A stretch of 64,000 nt of DNA from Octopus vulgaris (GCA_951406725.2 OX597837.1:9486001-9550000); one strand, 5' to 3'; counted from the stretch's first letter, positions 29,208 to 42,879 are shown. Made by a program: numbers and translations. The notes: generated by a model not told the origin, from the sequence alone.

Positions 29208-29779
29208 TAGACAGTCAGACTGATAGATAGTTAGAGAGAGATAGAAATAAATAGATAGATAGATACATACATACATATATACATACATACATACATACAG
29301 ACATACATACATACATACATACATACATGACCTGATGATACTTAGCTATAAAGAAACATATCCAGCGCAATATTTTCCATTCTTAACAAGAATACTCACT
29401 TCATTGCAGCAACATCTTAAATGCCTCAAGCTATCATTTCGACGAAATCCAAGATTATAATGGTATCGCCAATACATCATGCAGCATGTATAGATAGTAC
29501 AATGATGATATTGTCAGCCAGCTACTTACACTGTACAGTATTAATTCCACAGAGTCCGCTCCGTTTGTCACATCTAGCTGTGTTACCCGACTTCTTATCT
29601 CAATGTGTATCAGGTGTTTCGTTGTTACATTATAGAGCGGCTTGTAAAATTTCAAAGATAATGCGGAGGTTATTGGTCCAAGATAAAACTACTTTGGTTA
29701 TCAATTGCCTCCGTCATTCTGAAGTTCATTGTTGGAGATGCACTGCATAAATTTCTACTCTTATATATGTGAATGAGTG

Positions 29780-29895
<116 letters not shown>

Positions 29896-30070
29896 GTGTG
29901 TGTGTGTGTACATATATATTTTTGTATGTATGTATAAATGTATATATACATATGTGTGTGTACATATATATATGTATGTATGTATGCATGTATATATGTA
30001 TATATATACGTGTTTGAATATATATGTGTATATATAAGCATGTATGTATATATGTATATATACTTGTGTG

Positions 30071-30103
<33 letters not shown>

Positions 30104-30443
30104 ATATACGTGTGTGTGTGTACATATATACATATCATTATATGTATGTTTGTGTGTGGTGTGTAACTAGACGTAGATGTATATGTTTGAATATGTGATT
30201 TTGTGTGGGCGTGCGTATTTGCCTTTACGTGTGTGCACATATATAAGCTTTGAACCACACACAACACATACATGCACACACACAAACTCAACACATGCAT
30301 ACACGCTCACACAACACATGTACACACGTACGCATACAAATATATATATACGCTTGCATATATATGTTTACGCATACGTATATATATATATTTATACGCA
30401 TATATATACATATATATGTATATATGTAATAAGCAACATCTGA

Positions 30444-30507
<64 letters not shown>

Positions 30508-30586
30508 ATGTATGTATGCATGTATGTATGAATGCATCTGAACGCACGTATATATAGATATCCATATATATTTATGTATATATGTG

Positions 30587-30636
<50 letters not shown>

Positions 30637-30665
30637 ATGTATGTATATATGTATACCTGAACGTA

Positions 30666-30697
<32 letters not shown>

Positions 30698-31514
30698 ATC
30701 TAACTAGATTCACGTCAGCTGATGATCTCCAAACACCCTGACCTCTCTTATACCTAAATCTAACCTTTTGTCACCAACTAATTTTCATAAACATTAATCA
30801 CACACACGATATCACTTTTAATAACGAAAATCAACCTTGCTAACAAGGGAACTTCTAAATTGCCTCTGCGAATGCTAGACACTGCAGTTTAATCGACATC
30901 AAATCACTTCTACTTTCCAGAAAGGACAAAGTCTGCGACGCAGCACTATATGGTGTACGCTTGTGAAATTCTCTTACAAAACCGAATAACTGTATACTTA
31001 TATTTTAAAATCTAAATAAATTCTTCTAATTAATTATAATATATTTTGTGAGTGTACTTTCAACTTCATTTTGTGTGTATTTCATACCGACTCATAAGGG
31101 CTGGTCTGCCGGTTTCCATGGCGTATTAATTCCCCACCTGGATGGGACGATAATCCGTCGGAGGATTTTCTCACTTTTGCCTGTTGAGTGAACTGGAGTG
31201 AACTGAAATGATGTGTTTTGCCCAAGAACACAACGTGTCACCCGGTCCAGGAATCGAAAGCACAATCTTACGATCATGGGTCCAACGCCGTAAAAAGTAA
31301 ACCACAGGCCTTCACTGTAAGAACAGAAGTAGGAATGGCAACAAACTCGATCCAGCAATCATTTTAAAAATTCATTCGAAGAGCGCCAAGATTTATAACG
31401 TCTGAGGTTATCTTGGTTTCCAAGGTGTTTAAGTGACTGGGATCACAGCAATCTTCATCCCCCTGGGCGGGAGGTTAATCGGTCGCAGGGTAAATTTCCT
31501 ATCTATTGTTTTTT

Positions 31515-31820
31515 TGTTTCTTTCCTTCTCGGGCCATGCCTGGCTCATAAGGGCCGGTTTCCCGGTTTCCTTAGCGTATAGATTCCCCACCTGGACGGGA
31601 CGCCGGTCCGTCACAGGTGAGCTGCAAGATGCACATGGAAAGAGTTAGAGAAAGTTGTGGCAAAATAGTCAGCAGAAGTTCACCATTACCTTCTACCAGA
31701 GCCACGTAGAGCTTAAGTGTTTCGCTCATAAACACACACACCGCCCGGTCTGAGATTCGAACCCGCGATCCCTTGACCGCAAGTCCGCTTCTCTAACCCC
31801 AAGGCCATATGCCTCAACCT
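31515..31820 (-). mobile_element. SINE family C-related, same head with an alternative tail
   Basis: Head matches 32500-32619; tail has gaaaccgggaaaccggccc..tgagcc. Confidence 0.8.
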
Positions 31821-32233
31821 CTCTATTGTTGGAACTTCGTTAGAGCTTGGTGAATGAAAGAAACTTTATATGAACTGTCTTGTTGAAGAATGCAACGCAT
31901 CACCCGGTACCAGCATCGAAACCTTGATCTTAGAAACGTGAGCGTAGCATCTGAATTCCTAGGTACGCGCCTTCACGCAACCAATATTGACTGCATTAAA
32001 ATTGTGATTACGCAACATCAACAGCAACGAACTGACACCGACGTAAAATGGGAAATAAATCGGTCGGTCAAACGACGTTATTACTCATAGCTAAATGAAA
32101 GGCATCGCAGACGAGGCACTTTTTTCGTAATGCGTGTGCGAGCTTGTGTGTGTGTGTGCGTGTGTGTGACTGTCAATGTATGTATATTTATCTACATACT
32201 TCCATATATATGTGCATATGTATATTTATCTAT

Positions 32234-32619
32234 GTGGAAGCACTCCGGCGGTTACGACGATGAGGGTTCCGGTTGATCCGAATCAACGGAACAGCCTGCT
32301 CGTGAAATTAACGTGTAAGTGGCTGAGCACTCCACAGACACGTGTACCCTTAACGTAGTTCTCGGGGATATTCAGCGTGACACAGAGAGTGACAAGTCCG
32401 GCCCTTTGAAATACAGGTACAACAGAAACAGGAAGTAAGAGTGAGAGAAGGTTGTGGTGAAAGAGTACAGCAGGGATCACCACCACCCACTGCCGGAGCC
32501 TCGTGGAGCTTTAGGTGTTTACGCTCAATAAACACTCACAACGCCCGGTCTGGGAATCGAAACCGCGATCCTATGACCGCGAGTCCGCTGCCCTAACCAC
32601 TGGGCCATTGCGCCTCCAC
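32234..32619 (-). mobile_element. tRNA-derived SINE family C, full length, with 12-bp target-site duplication
   Basis: GGAGGCGCAATGGCCCAGTGGTTAG head; GGTTTCGATTCCC B box; ATATTTATCTAT at both 32222-32233 and 32620-32631. Confidence 0.9.
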
Positions 32620-32697
32620 ATATTTATCTATATACTTCTATATATATATGTATGTGGACGTGTGTATAGGCGCGCGCATGTGTTGTGTGTGTGAGTG

Positions 32698-32736
<39 letters not shown>

Positions 32737-33207
32737 TGTATTTATATGTATATTTATATACTTCCATCTATATACTTCTATATGTGTGTGTTCGTGTGTG
32801 TGCTTTTCTGTGTGTGACTGTATGTATGTATATTTATCTATCTAGCTATATACGTCTATGTGTGTATGTGCGTGTGTGTATGCATGCGCGTGTGTATGTG
32901 TGAGTGGGGTATGTATTTGTTTAAATTATGCATGTCTCACACCTGGCGAGGTCACGGTAGGACAACAGGTGTGCAATTCCTCTTATAGCAGAAAAATATA
33001 TGCGGAAGATGAGACTACCTTTTCCTGAATGACACGCCATTTTAAGAGAACAATCGATTCTTGAAAATTATCTCCTCTTCTCATTCGCTGTTGGCCGAAA
33101 ATATTACAAAATATCTGTTTATTTATCTCCTGAAGAGAAGATAACTTCCATGAATCTACGGCTTAATTTCCACGATATTTAATCTACATTTTTACGTCAT
33201 TTGTGAT

Positions 33208-33285
<78 letters not shown>

Positions 33286-34061
33286 TACATATATATAGAC
33301 ATATATATATATATATACATATATATATACAAATATATATATACATAAATAGCTATGAACATTTTGGTGTTATATATATATATGCAATCATATATTTATG
33401 TATATGAAAAATATATATGTATGAATACAAATATGTACGTATGCGTATAAGCATGTATTCATGTAGCTGAATAAGAACAGTGATGCATTAATATAAATAT
33501 ATGCGAATATTTGATACAATTTGCGGAAGATATACATACATATATATGTATATATGTATATATATATACGTACATACGTATACATCAAACATGGGCACAT
33601 CTAGATAAATATATGCGCTATACAAAGGTGTGGATGCTTATATATATATTTGTATTTATATACATGCAAACACACAATAGATTCTTTAGCTTCCATATTA
33701 TCATTCAAGAATCGAAATGAAAAAAAAAATTAGTTCCAGATTCGATACATCTCCATCCCATATAGTTACCACTGTGTATATATACACGCGCACATGCATA
33801 ACATCCAAATTCTTTATAACGGAAGCAAAATTGGTTTCTCCGCAGGTGTGTGATATTTATATGAATAGAGATGTGTACCTATACCTGCGTACTCCGCCTT
33901 ACACATATATCCACCCGTATATACATCACATATACACACATATATATACATACATAAATGTATAATATACACACATATATATGTTGTCTGTGTGTATATA
34001 TACATATAGACAGATAGATAGGCATAAATGTAGATATATATTCATATTTGTATGTGTATAT

Positions 34062-34117
<56 letters not shown>

Positions 34118-34213
34118 TATAAGCAGTTATGATTACTATGTATACCTGTGTATACGTTCATATACATTATTAATATGTATATATATATATACACATATGT
34201 ATGCAAGTGTGTG

Positions 34214-34297
<84 letters not shown>

Positions 34298-34688
34298 ATA
34301 CATATTTTATATATATATATACACACACACACATACATAATGCGTTCTTGTATGAAAAGTGCGTATGTACATCGAATGGTGTCATGCATGGCTACCCGCC
34401 ATTTTAACACGATACATTTATTATTTACGTAACTTTCCAACATTTCAACATTCCAACAGGATTCCCTTCATCTCTCTCTACTCCCACCACTCCTCTAACC
34501 CAATTCCCGACAACTCCCATTCATTCTCCCTTTTCCGCCATTATTTTTCCCTTCCCCGAAAACCCGGTTTTTCCTTTCCGTTTTTCTACCGCCATTTTGT
34601 GTACCTGACTTTGATGCATTTTCGCACAGTTGATAATAACCCTGCCAGCATGTGGGCACGTCAAACATGATTATTAATATTATTATTA

Positions 34689-34786
<98 letters not shown>

Positions 34787-34833
34787 ATTATTATTATTAT
34801 TATTATCATTATTATTATCATTATTATTATTAA

Positions 34834-34917
<84 letters not shown>

Positions 34918-35102
34918 CACGACCAGTATTGGTAGATATTATTTAGTTGATGTTATAGGGTTGGAGGCAGAAACCGTAGACGTTCGTAGCATCCGTTCTG
35001 ATGCAACGTTGTTTAATAGTGCAATTTCAAATACATTTGTCAAGCCTTTATATTGATCCCTGTATTTCACCTCCTTCATGTCTCCTCTCTCACTCTCATT
35101 CT

Positions 35103-35134
<32 letters not shown>

Positions 35135-35188
35135 TTATCTATCTATCTATTTATCTATCTATCTATCAGTTTATCTATTTATATGTCC

Positions 35189-35232
<44 letters not shown>

Positions 35233-35379
35233 GTCTGTCTTTGTACATATCTATCTATCTATCCATCTATCTATCTATCTACATATCTATCCATCTATCT
35301 AACTATCTATCTATCTTTTTATCTATCTATATGTCTATCTATCTATCTGTTTATCAGTCAGTCCAGGATGCTAGCTATA

Positions 35380-36317
35380 TCTACTTTTTCCCTTGCTCTC
35401 TCCCTCCTCTCTCTCTCTCTCTCTATCTATCTATCAATCTTGTGTCCAGGAAGCTAGTTATATCTATTTTTCTCTTCCTCTCTCTCTCCCTCTCTCTCTC
35501 ACCATGTCTCTCCCTGTCTCTCTTTCTCTGCATCTCTCTCTGTTTCTGCCTCTCTCTTGCTTTCTCTCCCCATCTCTCTCTCGTTCTGTCTTTCAATCGC
35601 CTTCTCTCTCAGTCTCTCTCTTTCTCTTATTGTCGTCTTTCCAATACTCCTCTTTCCCTTTAACATCTCTCCATCCCCTATTCTCTCTTTAATCCCTCCT
35701 CTCAATTTTCTTCCTTCCCATACGTATGTCTTACCCTTTCTCTCTTCATTCGTCTCTCTTTCTCCCTACGTCACTTCTCTCCTTCTTTTCCCTTCCTTCC
35801 ATCTTACCCTTTCTCTCATCCACATATTCCTTCATGGTTTCCATTTGCCTATTTCTCTCACCAACTCCCTTATTTTCTCCGCCTCTCTCATTCCATGCTT
35901 CTCTCCCACTTTCTCCCTATGTTTCTTCCTTCTTCTTTTTCTCCACCTCTTTCTCCATCTTTTGCTCTCCATCTCTCTTATTTTCCCTGCGTCTCTCTTT
36001 CCATGCCTATCTCCCACTTTCTTCGTATGTCTCTTCTTTCTTCATCTCCATCTTCTCCCTTTTTCTCTCCATCTCTCTTATTTTCTCTGCCTCTCTCTTT
36101 CTATACTTCTCTCCACATTTCTCTGTATGTCTCCATCTTCTTTTTTCTCCATCTCCTTCTCTATCTTTTCCTCACCAACTCTTACTTTTTCTGTCTCTCT
36201 TTTTCACTCCATCCTCTGCTTCTCTGCTTCTTTCTATTTTCTTTCTTACCTTACTTCTTTCTTTCTGTAATTCCTCCTTTCTTTCACACTTCGTTTGTTT
36301 CTTTCTTTCTAACTCAC

Positions 36318-36359
<42 letters not shown>

Positions 36360-36700
36360 ATTTTTTATCTTTTTTCTCCAATTTCTTTCTCTTCCTTTAT
36401 CTTTCTATCTATTAATCAGTCCTCTCCATCCTTTCACTTCAACTGTTTTGATATATCTGCATCTCCCACTTCTCTCCCTCTCTCATTCTCCTTCTCTCTT
36501 TATCGTTGCATGTCCATCTCTCCTTTCCCATCAGTCTCTCTCTGCTCTCTTACTCTTCATCTCTTTTCTTTCATTAAACTGAGCCTATTTTTTCTATTTC
36601 CATTTCCCTCTGTCACCCATTCTCTCTGCATCTCTATTCCCTCACCCTTCGCCGTCGCTCTATCGCTACCCTTCAACCTGTTCCTCCCCCTTGAGAGGAC
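35380..36700. repeat. Long polypyrimidine tract containing a decayed tandem repeat of about 100-108 bp
   Basis: Unit (ctccatctctc)ttattttctctgcctctctc recurs at about 35870, 35978, 36078 and 36182. Confidence 0.8.
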
Positions 36701-37275
36701 TTGTGCGCTCACATACAATGCACAGAAATTATTTTATATATAGGTGCAGGAATAGGACGTTGGTTAGGCAGCTTGATCTGTAACTATGTCGTTTCATGTT
36801 CACTCCAACTCTTTGTATATTTCTTAAGTGTCATCTATTATCGCCTCGGATTAACCAGGGCCTTGTGTGTGACTTTGATAGAATCCGGAAGCATCTATAT
36901 ATCTATCTATCTGTCTCTATCTATCTATCTATTAAGCTATCTTTCTATCCAACTACCCATCCATCCATCTATCATTCTATCTATCTATCTATCTACCAAT
37001 CTATCTATCTATATATCTATTTATTTATATATTGATCCATATATCTACCTATCTATTTATCTATCTATCCATCTACCTTTCTATATATCTGTCTATTTAT
37101 CTATTTGTCTCTCTATCTATCTTTCTGCCTATCTTTCTGTCTATCTATCTATATATCTATCTATCTATCCATCCATCCATTTATCTACCTATCTATTTAT
37201 CTATCTTGCCAACTCTCTATCTATCTATCAATCTATCAAACTATCTATACATCCACCTATCCATCCACCCATCCA

Positions 37276-37326
<51 letters not shown>

Positions 37327-37555
37327 ATCTATCTATCTATCTATCTATATATATATATATGTATAAATGTCTGTCTATCTTTCTATTTATATATTTATTT
37401 ATCACTCTATCTATTTATCTATCGAAGGTTCGATTCCCATATTGGGCGTTGCGTTGTGCTCTTGAGCAAAGCATTTCATTTCACATTGCTCTGCCATCAT
37501 TTTCGACATCTGATGGAGGGAGTAATCAGACGTATACACAAACATTTAATCACTA

Positions 37556-38266
37556 ATCCTGGAAAGTTCCGAGAATGTGGACTTCCTGGAAAGTTCTGAG
37601 GATTTACTCGAAATTTCCGAGGATGTGGATTTCCTGGAAAGACCCGAGGATTGAGACTTTTTAGGAAGTTCCAGGGATTTCCTGGAAAGATCGAGGATGT
37701 GGACTTTCTGGAAAGTTCCAAGGATTTCGACTCCCGGGAAAGTTCCGAAGTTGGGGGCTTCCTTTAAAGTTCCAACGATGTGGACACCCTCGAAAGTTCC
37801 GATGATTTCATGGAAAGTTCCGAGGATGTGGACTCCCTGGAAAGTTCCGACGATGTGGACTCCCTGGAAGTTCCGACGATGTGGACTCCCTTGAAAGTTC
37901 CGATGATTTCATGGAAAGTTCCGAGGATGTGGACTCCCTGGAAAGTTCCGACGATGTGGACTCCCTGGAAGTTCCGATGATTTCATGGAAAGTTCCGAGG
38001 ATGTGGACTCCCTGGAAAGTTCCGACGATGTGGACTCCCTGGAAGTTCCGACGATGTGGACTCCCTTGAAAGTTCCGATGATTTCATGGAAAGTTCCTGG
38101 AAAGTTCCTGGGGGTTTGGACTCCCTGGGAATTTCCGGGGATGTGGACTCCCTGGGAATTTCCGGGGATGTGGACTCTCTGGGAATTTCCGGGGATTTGG
38201 ACTCCCCGGGAAGTACCGAGGATGTGAAATTCCTGGGGACTTCCTGGAAAGTTCCGAGGAAGTGGA
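37556..38266. repeat. 27-bp minisatellite (TGGAAAGTTCCGAGGATGTGGACTCCC) with higher-order 101/74/101-bp blocks
   Basis: Blocks start at 37811, 37912, 37986 and 38087; degenerate monomers at both edges. Confidence 0.95.
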
Positions 38267-39272
38267 TGAAGGGTGGAGGTGGAGAAAGTGTAACGCTTGT
38301 ATGCATTAAATTTCACAGGTGGCGAAAGAGTCGACGACGCGAGATTTACAGCTTCGACCATACATTCAACGTAATTATTTTCCTTAGTATTAGGATTAAT
38401 ATAACGCTTTTGATGTTTCTCTAATAGATTATGTTTTCGATTTAGTACCATAGTTTATCAATATAATTATCAGATTGGCTTGCAACTCGTAGGAAAATTA
38501 AAGCGTTACATACGTAGACCATAGCGGAATTATATTGTAAATAGTAAATATAACCTAATTTAATATGAATTACACATAAAACCAAGTTAAAAGTTCATCA
38601 CGCAACAGGGGAGGCGTTAGGACATTTAAGTTTGTTACAGATCGTGTATTCTTAACTTAAAACAATCTTCAAAGCCAAAACAAATATCGATCACGTACCC
38701 ATAATTGATTATCGTTCTATAATGAGTGATGCGATGTTTAATTAATCTTTGTCGATAGCTATCAAATCCTAGACACATTCTTTCAATACGATAACAAAAT
38801 GAAAGACAAAAAAATTAGAGGAAATCGCTACCCGCGTTTCAGAGTCGTTCGATTGAGGTTTACTTGTTTTCATGAGAGTTTGAAACACTAAAAATTACAA
38901 ACTCACTATTTTGCATCGTGATTTCCATTACTTTCGTATTTTTCCCACCATAAAATAATTTTCCGTTCACATCAAAGCTAAATATATTACTTATCACATC
39001 ATAAATTATCTGTTAAGATTTTGTGACTATGAAAGCAAAATAAAAATATAAAATAAGATTAAAAAAAACAAAAAACAATAATTAGTCACGTTGAACTTCG
39101 AAAGTGAGTGCAATTGTCTTCATTAGATTGTATCAGCCTCATCCCCCAAGGTTTTTTTTCTTTTTTTTTTTTGCCTTGTTTTTACAAACTATCATTTACT
39201 AATAACCATGGTTTGCTGAGGTTATGAAATTCAATTCCAAATCCACTGAAAGATTTATAGGTAAACATGGAA

Positions 39273-39301
<29 letters not shown>

Positions 39302-39306
<5 letters not shown>

Positions 39307-39556
39307 AGAGTTTACGAAAAAAACAAAAGACGAAGACAGGTGGTGTACAAAACAAACAGATGTATTAGTATAACGCTCAGGAATCGAAAAGGTATTTTAC
39401 ATTTCGAGCCTACGCTCTTCCACAGAAAGGGACACAGACAAAATAAGGAGAGAAGCAAGGAGAATAAAAAAAGATAGCAAGAAAGGAGAGAAACAAGGAG
39501 AGAAAAAGGGAGAGAAAAAAGAAAGAAACAAGGAGAGAAAAAAGGAGAGAAACAAT
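39302..39556 (-). mobile_element. Same Penelope-like family, copy 2
   Basis: Identical (TA)n-gggagagtttacgaaaaaaacaaaaga terminus; hammerhead-like motif at 39394-39429; internal AGGAGAGAAA-type repeats. Confidence 0.7.
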
Positions 39557-39559
39557 AAA

Positions 39560-39810
39560 TAATAAATGCGCCCTTTAAAAGCCTAGCCAGGTTCATGGGC
39601 CCGAGTTCCCGGTTTCAATGGCATGTGTGCTCCCCAACTAGACGGGACGCCAGTCCAACGCAGTGTTACACATTCTTGCCAGGTGAGTGGACTCGATCAA
39701 CGGGAAATGAAGTGTTTTGTCAAGGACACAACGCGTCGCACAGTCAAGGAATCGAAACCACAATCTTGCGATCATGATACTGACACACTAACCACTAAGC
39801 CACGCGCTTC
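39560..39810 (-). mobile_element. SINE family C-related (relatives at about 2918-3030, 12697-12905, 31085-31312, 37425-37492, 63185-63342)
   Basis: tRNA-like head; tail catgaacctggctaggcttttaaagggcgcat. Confidence 0.8.
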
Positions 39811-40253
39811 CACACACACACACAGGTACACACACCTATGTATGTATATATATATATATATATATATATAATTATATACATATACATACATACACGTATA
39901 CATATGTCTTTTACTTTGGCTTTAAAGCTGCGGCCATTACAGACAGGATGGTTACGGTTGGAATGCATTTGATCCTAAAACTGCTGGATTAGAGCCTACC
40001 TAGAACAAAAGAGTAACAGGCTGAGCAACTACAGAACCACACATATACATATATATATACATATATAAACATACATATGTATATATATGTGTTTGCATGT
40101 GTGTTTGTGTGTATAACAGAGGCGTCAAAAGACGTTTTAAGATCTACAAAGATCAGAAGTTAACTGCAGCTCTTGATAGTCCAAATCGGATATGCAATCT
40201 ACGTGGGTGTCTTTTCAATACATTGTCTGGTTTAGAAAGCCACATCAGACACC

Positions 40254-40298
<45 letters not shown>

Positions 40299-40508
40299 GA
40301 AATAGAAAGATGAATAATCTTGTTGCAGATTAATCAAAAGTTTAACCGATACCTTGGTAGCAAAAATCACAGCAGAAGACAGCACGGTTGGAGGTACAAC
40401 CATATGGTGTTGCAACCGTGCGTTGGTGCGGATAATTGAATTTTAATATTATTAGTGAATTGAAGAAATGGAGTTGAACGAAGATTGAACAGAAATCGTT
40501 TTATTGCA

Positions 40509-40588
40509 TTCTACACGTGTTTCGAAAGGCACAATTTACCAAATTCCGATTGAATAAGGAGACCATATTGTGTCTTTCTCTTCAGGAA
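40509..40588 (-). ncRNA. Minimal hammerhead ribozyme motif, mirror copy of 40691-40770
   Basis: Exact reverse complement in the left arm. Confidence 0.8.
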
Positions 40589-40690
40589 GAAATAGGAAAT
40601 CCGTTGGAAAAAACAAAAACAGAACAGAGGCGGAGCAAAACAAATCGAACGAGGCACTGTTTTTGTTTTTTCCAACGGATTTCCTATTTC

Positions 40691-40770
40691 TTCCTGAAGA
40701 GAAAGACACAATATGGTCTCCTTATTCAATCGGAATTTGGTAAATTGTGCCTTTCGAAACACGTGTAGAA
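40691..40770 (+). ncRNA. Minimal type I hammerhead ribozyme motif (Penelope type)
   Basis: ttc-CTGAAGA-stem II (GAAAGACACAAT/ATTGTGCCTTTC, one mismatch)-GAAA-CACGTG-TA-gaa; palindromic stem III ACACGTGT; GUA cleavage triplet. Confidence 0.8.
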
Positions 40771-40825
40771 TGCAATAAAACGATTTCTGTTCAATCTTCG
40801 TTCAACTCCATTTCTTCAATTCACT

Positions 40826-40860
<35 letters not shown>

Positions 40861-41038
40861 TTGCATATACTGCAAAGAACGTAGTTGAAGTACAGTAAAA
40901 AGCTCGTCCGCCCTCATAATTGCCCTGTGCTACCAAGTAGTACTTTGCTTTTGGGCATCTGTCGTGTGTGAATGGATAATCGAAGGAATTGTAGTCAAGA
41001 AGAATGAGTACGGCTGGAGATTTATATATACATATATT

Positions 41039-41085
<47 letters not shown>

Positions 41086-41316
41086 AATTGTGTCTGTATG
41101 CGGTGGATGTCTGTTTGTGTATTTGTGGGGATATACATACATAAACGTGTGTACACACACAAACCCACGCATTTACATGTGGGTTTTTATGATTTATATA
41201 TATATACATATATATATATAGAAGACAGACAGACAGACAGATAGATAGATACATACATACATAGATACATAGAAAGATAGATAAATAGATAGATATATAG
41301 ATAGATAGATAGATAT

Positions 41317-41837
41317 GTTTCTTTATTAGCCACACAGGGCTGCACACAGATAGAACAAATTACAAGGTAGAGCTTTTCTTTTGAAGGTTTAAGAAAAAAA
41401 AAAAAAAAAAAAAGGAAGGGGAGTTTCGATCAAAAGGGATCGTAAAAGGAGAGAAAGAGGACAAAAAAAAAGGGGTTTTAAAAAAAGGGGGGAGGAAAAA
41501 ATTGATCAATAGGGATCGTTATCACAGAAATGTCAATATGAAGTGTAAAGGGGAGGACAGGTGAGGTTTACCCGTGCAAAGAAAAGCCTACGGAAAAGAC
41601 CACGGTAACCTCGGTCAATGATGTCACATTTTATATTTCTTTTTTTTTTTTTTTTTTGCAAATAAGCAACTCTCTGTTTTCGATTTCTGGGTTCATAGGA
41701 CTATGCTCAAGGTGGCTTCGTCATTCATACGTGCCATTCTTGCTACATTCACCCATCTTTTTTTAAAACATTCGCTAGACAAAACTTGCCTCTCTACTCT
41801 CACTTTCCTTTTCAAGTGGTACTTGAAGAAGTTGATG

Positions 41838-41838
<1 letters not shown>
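41317..41838 (-). mobile_element. 5'-truncated L1/Tx1-like LINE 3' end inserted in (TATC)n
   Basis: [29 protein letters not shown] resembles Tx1 ORF2 C-termini; U-rich 3' UTR ending CCCTGTGTGGCTAATAAAGAAAC; GATA-type repeats on both sides. Confidence 0.7.
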
Positions 41839-41876
<38 letters not shown>

Positions 41877-41881
41877 GAGAG

Positions 41882-41924
<43 letters not shown>

Positions 41925-41932
41925 CAGACAGG

Positions 41933-42093
<161 letters not shown>

Positions 42094-42292
42094 GTGCGAA
42101 TCTCCAAAACACACATTACAAGGAAAGCGAAGGCAAGCAAAAAATCAATTTGCTGACGTATTTACTTACCAACATGATTGTTGCCAATAACAATATATTT
42201 TCTAGTTAAGTGTATTCGAAACGATTCTCGAGATTGTCCGTCTCCTTAATAACGATACACAGACGTGCTTACGAACATAAATACATACGTCC

Positions 42293-42401
<109 letters not shown>

Positions 42402-42475
42402 TATGTGGGGGTGTGAGAGAGAGTGGATGTAGAGGAATATATGCATCTACTCATGCGTATATATAAACGTAAAGT

Positions 42476-42507
<32 letters not shown>

Positions 42508-42509
<2 letters not shown>

Positions 42510-42712
42510 GGGAGAGTTTACGAAAAAAACAAAAGACGAAGACAGGTGGTGTACAAAACAAACAGATGTATTAATATAACGCTCAGGAATAGAAAAAGTC
42601 TTTTTCATTTCTAGCCTACGCTCTTCTACAGAAAGGGACACAGAAAAAACAAAGAGAGAAACAAGGAGAGAAAACAAGTGTTTGTAGTGGCTAACGATCT
42701 ATCATGGCGAAT
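42508..42712 (-). mobile_element. Same Penelope-like family, copy 3
   Basis: Same terminus and same far end (taacgatctatcatggcg) as the 22501 copy. Confidence 0.7.
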
Positions 42713-42879
42713 CATGCATAAATATATATGAATAACTATACAAGAGTAAGCAGTTAAATGCGAAACAAGGTGTAAAAATAATACTCGAATACCAGAGGTA
42801 GAGTAATATGGTTTATCAAAACGCAGCAAAAATATCACAAAAGGTGTTACTCAGATTTCTACGTTCCCCTGGTCGCAGA

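Larger units (their letters stand above)
40297..40833. mobile_element. Penelope-like pseudo-LTR insertion with an inverted copy (177-bp arms 40446-40622 and 40657-40833, 34-nt spacer)
   Basis: Arms are exact reverse complements by inspection; each carries a hammerhead motif followed by AATAAA; (TA)n on both outer flanks. Confidence 0.8.

Noticed and set aside
32545-32619. tRNA gene (likewise 63851-63925 and 27407-27480)
   Set aside because: A and B boxes present, but the sequence continues into multicopy SINE bodies and I could not see a proper acceptor stem
37697-38451. Repetitive peptides (MWTPWKVPR, VDSLESSED) or a CRISPR-like array
   Set aside because: 26- and 20-bp monomers break every frame; no unique spacers and no cas genes; eukaryotic minisatellite
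40511-40768. Twin 83-aa ORFs on opposite strands
   Set aside because: By-product of the perfect inverted repeat
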